This document shows, piece by piece, positions 31,516 through 37,948 of a stretch of DNA of 37,948 nucleotides. The first letter of the stretch is position 1, and every line of letters starts with the position of its first letter. This DNA is from Candidatus Methanoflexus mossambicus (lineage in GTDB: Archaea > Methanobacteriota > Methanobacteria > Methanobacteriales > Methanobacteriaceae), in NCBI GenBank assembly GCA_031261915.1, contig JAISIT010000072.1:1-37948 (forward strand), read 5' to 3'. A program made the translations under genes and the position numbers. The notes under the pieces were generated by a model. That model saw only the letters and a list, made by a program, of their open reading frames with translations. It was not told where the DNA came from and did not search any database.

Positions 31516-32109
31516 ATGATTATTGAATATACACATTTAAATAATGAAATAAATTATGATGGGAGTCAAATTAATCCTTTTTGGGCTTTAAAAGAGCATA
31601 ATATTAAGGGATCTTCAATTATTTCATGGATAGGTTCAATGAATATAATGCCAGATAATTTGAAAGATTTTGAGGATGTTGGATTGGAAATAAAATCTGA
31701 TAAAATGATTCATTTTATCTGTGAATTTTTTGATACTCAACCAGCAAATATGGAAATAGCTTATCTTAGACAAAGATTGTTGGTTTTAATATTTAAAGAA
31801 AAATTACTTGAAAAAGGAATAATTGCTGATAGAAGTGGTGATGATTTATTTGTTGAAAATAAAAAACTTTCTGTTTCAATAGCTACAGCTTCTATTAGTT
31901 CTATGAAGATTCATTTTGGCATTAATTTAACAAGTAAAGGCACTCCAATTGATATTGAAACAATAGGTCTTTTTGAATTAGTTAATAATTCTAAAATAAG
32001 AATTTTTCAAGAAAATAATATTGTTTCATTTATAAATTCTTTTATTAGTGATTATATTGATGAATTGAAGTCTATTAAATTAGATATAGCAAAAAGTGAT
32101 ATCTCTTAA
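31516..32109 (+). CDS. Conserved archaeal hypothetical protein (possibly DUF366 family)
   Basis: YDGSQINPFWALKEHNIKGSSII...DFEDVG...IKSDKMIHFICEFFD resembles the DUF366 pattern from memory. Not verified. Confidence 0.35.
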   Translation: MIIEYTHLNNEINYDGSQINPFWALKEHNIKGSSIISWIGSMNIMPDNLKDFEDVGLEIKSDKMIHFICEFFDTQPANMEIAYLRQRLLVLIFKEKLLEKGIIADRSGDDLFVENKKLSVSIATASISSMKIHFGINLTSKGTPIDIETIGLFELVNNSKIRIFQENNIVSFINSFISDYIDELKSIKLDIAKSDIS

Positions 32110-32184
32110 TTTTTTGAGTTATTTAAGTGATTTAAATATTAAACAATTAAAAAAATACAATATATCTATGAAAAATATTAAAAA

Positions 32185-32238
32185 ATATAAGAAATAAAAT
32201 AAACAAATAAAATATAAGAAATAAAATAAACAAATAAA
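32185..32238. repeat. 27-bp tandem direct repeat ATATAAGAAATAAAATAAACAAATAAA x2, upstream of rmlD
   Basis: Direct reading. Confidence 0.9.
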
Positions 32239-32334
32239 ATTAAAGAATAATAAATTAAATAACAATAAAATAATAAGATTTTTAATATATTTGCTTAAAT
32301 TATAATTATATTGGTTAATTTAATGAGGTTTAGC

Positions 32335-33192
32335 ATGAAAATTTTAGTTACAGGTGCGAAAGGAATGTTGGGAACTGATTTAATAGATATCTTGTCAAAA
32401 AATCACGAAATAATAGCTACAGATATAGTAGATGATGAGAATATTGTTAAATTAGATATAACTGATTTAAACGATATTAAAAGTAAATTTAATAGCTTAA
32501 AACCAGATATTGTTATTAATGTGGCGGCTTTTACTGATGTTGATGCATGTGAGACTAATGAAGATTTAGCTTATAAAATAAATGCTATTGGACCTAAAAA
32601 TCTTGCAATAGCTAGTGAAAATATAGATATCCCACTTTTACACATATCTACTGACTATGTTTTTGGTGGAGATAAACATTCATACGATGAAGATGATGAA
32701 ACTGGACCAATAAGTGCTTATGGTAGAACAAAGCTTGCTGGAGAAATATTAATTAAAGATCATACGGATAAATATTTTATTTTTAGAACAGCATGGCTTT
32801 ATGGATATAATGGTAATAATTTTGTTAAAACAATGTTAGAACTTTCAAAAACTAACGATGAAATATCTGTTGTTAATGATCAGCATGGATCTCCGACATA
32901 TACAAGAGATCTCTCTGATGCAATAGCTAAAATTATTGAAACCGAGAAATATGGAACTTATCATATAACAAACTCAGGTAACTGCACATGGTATGAATTT
33001 ACAAAAGAAATATTTAAACAATCTAATATAGATACTAAAGTAAAACCAGTCACAACTGTGGAGTTTCCAAGACCTGCTCCACGACCAGAATACTCTATTT
33101 TAAATAACAATAAATGGAAAAGTGAGGGTTTCACTCCTTTAAGGTCTTATAAAGATGCTTTAAATGATTATTTAAAATTAGAATTAAATTAA
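32335..33192 (+). CDS. rmlD: dTDP-4-dehydrorhamnose reductase RmlD (the ORF opens at 32311; the likely start is ATG 32335 after TGAGGT)
   Basis: MKILVTGAKGMLG Rossmann N-terminus and the STDYVFGG catalytic region typical of RmlD. Confidence 0.85.
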   Translation: MKILVTGAKGMLGTDLIDILSKNHEIIATDIVDDENIVKLDITDLNDIKSKFNSLKPDIVINVAAFTDVDACETNEDLAYKINAIGPKNLAIASENIDIPLLHISTDYVFGGDKHSYDEDDETGPISAYGRTKLAGEILIKDHTDKYFIFRTAWLYGYNGNNFVKTMLELSKTNDEISVVNDQHGSPTYTRDLSDAIAKIIETEKYGTYHITNSGNCTWYEFTKEIFKQSNIDTKVKPVTTVEFPRPAPRPEYSILNNNKWKSEGFTPLRSYKDALNDYLKLELN

Positions 33193-33378
33193 TCTACCAA
33201 ATTTAATTTTATATTTATCATATTAATTTTTATTTATCATATTATTGCTAATAAATTAAAAGTTATATATTATTAAAAATAATAAATTTCTTAAAAATAA
33301 TAAATTTTTTAAAAATGATGATAATTGAATTAAATAATCTAATAATAATTAAATAATAGTAAAAAATGAAATGATAAT

Positions 33379-34260
33379 ATGAAAGGAATTATTCTTGCTG
33401 GAGGGTCTGGAACCCGTCTTTATCCAATAACTAAAGCAATATCTAAGCAATTATTACCAATATATGATAAACCTATGATTTATTATCCTATTTCCGTGCT
33501 ACTCTTAGCGGGTATTAGAGATATTTTAATAATTTCAACTCCACGAGATTTACCTGCTTATCAAGAGCTTCTCGGGAATGGAAAGGATTTAGGAATTAAT
33601 TTTTCATATATCCAACAAGAAAATCCTAATGGTTTGGCTGAAAGTTTTATAATTGGTGAAGATTTCATTGGTGATGATAAAGTTGCTCTTGTTTTAGGTG
33701 ACAATGTTTTTCATGGTCATAGATTTTCTGAAATTCTTAAAAAAGCAGCTAGTTTAGATGAGGGTGCTGTTATTTTTGGTTATTATACTCAAAATCCTGA
33801 AGATTTTGGTGTTGTTGAGTTTGATGATGATGGAAATGTTTTATCAGTTGAAGAAAAACCAGAGTATCCTAAATCAAACTACATAGTTCCAGGATTATAT
33901 TTTTATGATAACAATGTAATTGAAATAGCTAAAAAGGTTAAACCTTCAAATAGAGGAGAGTTAGAAATCACATCTATTAATGATCAATACCTAAAACAAG
34001 GAAAACTTAAAGTAGAGCTATTAGGTAGAGGAATGGCTTGGCTTGATACTGGAACTCATCAAGGTCTTCTTGAGGCAAATAATTTTATAGAAACAGTTCA
34101 AAAAAGACAAGGATTGTATATTGGTTGTTTAGAAGAAATAGTTTACAATAAAGGGTATATTGATAGAGATAAATTAATAGCTATTGGTAATTCTCTTAAA
34201 AAAACTGATTATGGTCAATATTTATTAAAATTAGCAAAACAACATAGTTTCAATAAATAA
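33379..34260 (+). CDS. rmlA: Glucose-1-phosphate thymidylyltransferase RmlA
   Basis: [18 protein letters not shown]...[15 protein letters not shown] is the canonical RmlA N-terminus. Confidence 0.9.
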   Translation: MKGIILAGGSGTRLYPITKAISKQLLPIYDKPMIYYPISVLLLAGIRDILIISTPRDLPAYQELLGNGKDLGINFSYIQQENPNGLAESFIIGEDFIGDDKVALVLGDNVFHGHRFSEILKKAASLDEGAVIFGYYTQNPEDFGVVEFDDDGNVLSVEEKPEYPKSNYIVPGLYFYDNNVIEIAKKVKPSNRGELEITSINDQYLKQGKLKVELLGRGMAWLDTGTHQGLLEANNFIETVQKRQGLYIGCLEEIVYNKGYIDRDKLIAIGNSLKKTDYGQYLLKLAKQHSFNK

Positions 34261-34414
34261 AAAATCATTTTCTTTCTTTTTAGTTTTTCAAGAAATTATT
34301 ACTTTAATTAATATTAATATTACTTTTATCAATATTTAAATACTTTTATATTCAAATATAATTAAGAATAATAATTAAATAATAAACTTAAAGTAACAAA
34401 AATGAATAATAAAA

Positions 34415-34447
34415 AGTAGATTTAAAGTAGATTTAAAGTAGATTTAA
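34415..34447. repeat. 11-bp tandem repeat AGTAGATTTAA x3 (plus a degenerate fourth) upstream of the ABC-2 permease gene
   Basis: Direct reading. Confidence 0.9.
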
Positions 34448-34508
34448 AGTAAATAAAAAGAGAAATAAAAACTAATTTCATAATTTTAATTATAATGGTG
34501 CTTAATTA

Positions 34509-35291
34509 ATGTTTAATCATAGATTCATAACTAATTTTACAAAATATCGATTTCTTTTAGCAGAATTAGTTAAAAGAGATTTAACAGTCAAATATAAAGA
34601 TTCTGTTCTTGGAATTTTCTGGAGTTTTTTAAATCCTATATTAGATGCATTGATAATGGTAATTATATTCGGATTCTTCTTTGGAAGTAGTATTCCATAT
34701 TTTGCCGTATATGTTGTAATTGGTAGGATAACATTTAATTTTTTTTCATCAGGAACATCAGGAGCTTTAAATTCAATTAAAAGTGGTGCAGGAATTATAA
34801 AAAAACTTTATGTTCCTAAATATATCTATCCTTTAAGTAAAATACTTTCTGAATCGATTAATCTTGCAATATCTATGATAGTTTTAGTGGGGGCAATGAT
34901 TGTTATTCAATGTCCATTCTCATTTTATAATTTAGTAGCTATTGTTCCAATTGCAATACTATTTGTTTTCACATTAGGTTGTGGATTACTTTTAGCTTCA
35001 ATTAATGTTTTTTTTAAGGATATTAAATACCTTTACAGTGTGTTTATTCAATTATTAATGTATGCTTCAGCTCTTTTTTATCCAATTGATCGTTTTCCTC
35101 CAGAAATGATGATTGTTTTTAAATTAAACCCTCTTTATTGTGCAATAAGTGGTTTTAGGGACACAATATTATATCAACAGTTCCCAGATCCAGGAATGCT
35201 CTTATATCAATTAATAACTGCAATTATTGCCTTTGCTGTTGGTCTTTTTGTTTTTTATAAAACACAAGATAAATTTGTTTTACATTTATAA
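34509..35291 (+). CDS. ABC-2 type polysaccharide/teichoic-acid exporter permease (Wzm/TagG-like)
   Basis: 6-TM ABC-2 permease pattern (…ELVKRDLTVKYKDSVLGIFWSFLNP…). Adjacent to a Wzt-like ATPase. Confidence 0.7.
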   Translation: MFNHRFITNFTKYRFLLAELVKRDLTVKYKDSVLGIFWSFLNPILDALIMVIIFGFFFGSSIPYFAVYVVIGRITFNFFSSGTSGALNSIKSGAGIIKKLYVPKYIYPLSKILSESINLAISMIVLVGAMIVIQCPFSFYNLVAIVPIAILFVFTLGCGLLLASINVFFKDIKYLYSVFIQLLMYASALFYPIDRFPPEMMIVFKLNPLYCAISGFRDTILYQQFPDPGMLLYQLITAIIAFAVGLFVFYKTQDKFVLHL

Positions 35292-35328
35292 TACTTTTAC
35301 ATTTATAATACTTTTACATTTATTAATA
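35278..35328. repeat. 17-bp tandem repeat (G/T)TTTACATTTATAATAC x3 overlapping the permease stop codon
   Basis: Direct reading. Confidence 0.9.
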
Positions 35329-35576
35329 GGATATTTGAACTTTTATATTATTATTTAAACTTTTTTTATATTATTTTAATTTACATTTATCTTAAATTTT
35401 TTAAATTTTTTATCAACATAAATTAAATCATAATAAAATTAAATAATAATATTTAATAATAACAAACAATAAATTTAATTTATTATATATTATTTAGTTA
35501 AATTAATTAATAATTTAATACTTTTAAAAGATATATTTTAAGTTTTTTTAAAAACAAATACAGGAGAAAATAATAA

Positions 35577-36830
35577 ATGAGTAATTTAGTGCTTCAAGGA
35601 CTTTTTGTAATTGAAATAATAACTATCATTATGTCAGTAACTATTTTACTTTTAAGTTTAAAACAAAATGCAAATAAAAACAGTGCAGGATCTCTTGATT
35701 CAAATGAACTTGGTATGGATAAAAGTAATTTTGTAAATCAACTATTTGAAACAAAAAAAGATGAAACAAAAAAAGATAAAAATTCAAAAGTTTTTTTAAA
35801 ATCAAATAACAACGAACAAAATATTAATGATTTAAACTTAAAACAAGATTCAAATTTAGAAAACCATTGGATTGAACCAATACATACTGAAAAAGAAGAA
35901 GCAGAAGATGATAATGTTACTATATTCCAAGAACCAATGAAAAAAAGCCATAAAAATATTATTGCAAATCCAAATATTGCCTCAGAAATAGAACCAATAA
36001 TTGAAAAAGAAACAAAAATACCTCCTTTAGTTGAAACTAAACCAAAAAATAAATCTAAAGTTAAGTCTAAAGTTAAGTCTAAACCAAAACTTTCTGAGGT
36101 TGTTATAGATGCTAAAAATTTATCAATGTTATTTGAATTGTCTCCTGAAAAAATTGATAATATAAAAGAATATGCGATAAAAAAGATTAAAAGAGAAGTT
36201 AAAAAAGAACCATTTTTAGCATTAGATGATGTTTCATTTAAAGTTAGAAAAGGAGAACGCTTAGGAATCTTAGGTTTAAATGGTGCAGGTAAATCTACAT
36301 TACTTAAAATTGTTTCAGGAGTTATGAAACCTACAAAAGGAAAAATTAAAGTTAAAGGCAAAATAGCTCCACTTTTAGAATTAGGTGGAGGTTTTGATCC
36401 AAATTATACTGGTCGAGAGAATATATTTTTAAATGGTTCCATTTTAGGTTTTTCTAGATCCTTTTTAGAAGAACATTACGATGAAATAGCTGAATTTTCA
36501 GAACTTGGAAGATTTTTAGATGTTCCTTTAAAGAATTATTCCAGTGGTATGAAAGCTAAATTAGGTTTTGCAGTTTCTACTATGGTTAATCCAGATATTC
36601 TAATTCTTGATGAAGTATTATCCGTTGGAGATGCTAAATTTAAAAAGAAAAGCCGTAAAAAAATGGAAGAATTGTTTAATTCTGGAGTTACAATTGTAAT
36701 GGTTTCTCATTCACTTGGGGATATTAGAAAAATTTGTGATAAAGCATTGTGGCTTGAAAAAGGTAAAATTGTCGATTATGGAGATGCTAAAGAAATTTGT
36801 GATGCCTACAAAAAAAGCACATCTAAATAA
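35577..36830 (+). CDS. Wzt/TagH-like ABC transporter ATP-binding protein with an unusual approximately 185-aa N-terminal extension (one TM helix plus a Lys/Ser-rich repeat region)
   Basis: Walker A GLNGAGKST, signature YSSGMKAKLGF, Walker B ILILDEVLSVGD. No stop in frame from 35577. Extension: LVLQGLFVIEIITIIMSVTILLLSL, then ...KNKSKVKSKVKSKPK (12-bp DNA tandem repeat at about 36049-36085). Confidence 0.8.
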   Translation: MSNLVLQGLFVIEIITIIMSVTILLLSLKQNANKNSAGSLDSNELGMDKSNFVNQLFETKKDETKKDKNSKVFLKSNNNEQNINDLNLKQDSNLENHWIEPIHTEKEEAEDDNVTIFQEPMKKSHKNIIANPNIASEIEPIIEKETKIPPLVETKPKNKSKVKSKVKSKPKLSEVVIDAKNLSMLFELSPEKIDNIKEYAIKKIKREVKKEPFLALDDVSFKVRKGERLGILGLNGAGKSTLLKIVSGVMKPTKGKIKVKGKIAPLLELGGGFDPNYTGRENIFLNGSILGFSRSFLEEHYDEIAEFSELGRFLDVPLKNYSSGMKAKLGFAVSTMVNPDILILDEVLSVGDAKFKKKSRKKMEELFNSGVTIVMVSHSLGDIRKICDKALWLEKGKIVDYGDAKEICDAYKKSTSK

Positions 36831-36919
36831 TCCTTAAAGAATATAAATAACCATTAAAAATTACAAATAACTGATTAATAAAAGTTAATTAATAAATAGT
36901 TAATTAATAGTAGGAATTT

Positions 36920-37948
36920 CATGTCTGACAATACTGTTTCTGTAATAATTCCAAATTATAATGGATTAAATTATTTAAAAAATTGTTTAAGTTCCATTGA
37001 AAAAAATATAGATTTAAATATTATTTTGATTATTGTAGATAATGGATCAGATAGTGAAACAGTTGATTTTTTAAAAAATATAAATCAAAAAAGTGTAAAT
37101 ATTGAGAATAAGAGTATTAATAAAATATTTACAATTAATTACAATATACTTTTTAATAAAAATAATTTAGGGTTTGCAAAAGCAGTTAATCAAGGAATTA
37201 TATTATCAAAACAATTGGATATTGATTTTACTATTTTATTAAACAATGATGTTGAAATTGAAAGTAATTATTTCTCTAATTTACTTCATATAATTAAATC
37301 AGAGGATAAAATCTTTTCTGTTAGTAGTAAAATGTTAAGATGGGATAATAAAAATATTATCGACGATGCTGGTGATGATTATACATTATTAGGATGGACT
37401 CTTAAAAATGGTGATGGAAAATCAAAAGAAAAATTTTCAAAAGATTGTGAATGCTTTTCTGCTTGTGGAGGGGCAGCTATTTATCGTTTGTCCACTTTTG
37501 ATGAAATTGGTTTATTTGATGAAAAATTCTTTTTATATTTGGAAGATGTTGATATTGGTTATAGGGCTAAAATTGTGGGTTATAAAAACCTTTACACTTC
37601 AAAAGCTATTGTTTATCACAGGGTTAGTGGAACTACAGGTTCTAAATACAATAAATTTAAAACAAAAATCTCTGCACGAAATAACATTTATTTGATTTAT
37701 AAAAACATGCCATGGATTCAAATAATTATAAATATAGGATTTATAGTTATTGGATTTTTAATTAAATATCTATTTTTCTATAAAAAAGGTTTTGGAAAAT
37801 TATATAGTCAAGGCATCATTGAAGCTATTAAAGATATTCGTATTGGAAAAATTAAAAAAATAGAATTTAACTTTAAACATTTAAAAAATTACATTTTAAT
37901 TGAATATTTATTAATCAAAAACACATTTAAATTAGTTTTTTCATATTT
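36920..37948 (+). CDS. Family 2 glycosyltransferase (GT-A fold, rhamnosyltransferase-like), 3'-partial: it runs off the window end. Not in the ORF track because no stop is reached.
   Basis: VSVIIPNYNG...IVDNGSDS...LYLEDVD (DXD-type) motifs. I translated the frame by hand: no stop from 36920 to 37948. Confidence 0.8.

Noticed and set aside
35738-36361. 207-aa minus-strand ORF overlapping the Wzt-like ATPase gene
   Set aside because: Antisense shadow of the plus-strand ABC ORF, including its Walker A region. No independent signals.
1-37948. CRISPR arrays, rRNA genes, transposases, integrases or IS elements
   Set aside because: No regularly spaced repeats of 25-40 bp with unique spacers. No transposase- or integrase-like ORFs. 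The repeats found are short tandem slippage-type arrays.

Overview
The window is extremely AT-rich archaeal DNA, and the gene content points to a Methanobacteriales-type methanogen of the Methanobrevibacter or Methanosphaera kind; the taxon is inference. Many otherwise conserved proteins carry Asn/Lys-rich low-complexity inserts. The clearest landmark is a complete F420-reducing hydrogenase operon, frhA-frhD-frhG-frhB, at 3808-7261. It is transcribed divergently from a solitary AmmeMemoRadiSam-type radical SAM gene. Just upstream of frhA sits a perfect 7-3-7 palindrome that looks like an operator. Downstream of the frh operon lies a 4.3 kb block of poorly characterised genes. It holds an SPFH-domain protein with two C-terminal zinc ribbons, two tandem paralogous zinc-ribbon proteins (one with a CFI-box-like C-terminal module), an unknown 281-aa protein and a DUF2283-family protein. 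This block is the best candidate for an undescribed system. The rest is mostly housekeeping. On the minus strand are moeA, purL, an orphan AcnX-type small subunit (DUF126), truD, a tRNA-Arg(GCG), an Asn-rich pilin-like membrane protein, a PurM-like protein, a CPBP protease, a POT peptide transporter and a Get3/ArsA ATPase. On the plus strand are cbiE, nadE, cutA and leuS. A cell-envelope glycan cluster (rmlD, rmlA, ABC-2 permease, Wzt-like ATPase with an unusual N-terminal membrane/Lys-repeat extension, GT2) closes the window. Non-coding observations: a GC-rich nested hairpin with its own TATA box and U-tract that looks like a small RNA gene (about 16762-16853), a G11 homopolymer in the frhB-SPFH spacer, and many short tandem direct repeats in intergenic regions. 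I saw no CRISPR array, no rRNA and no clear mobile element.
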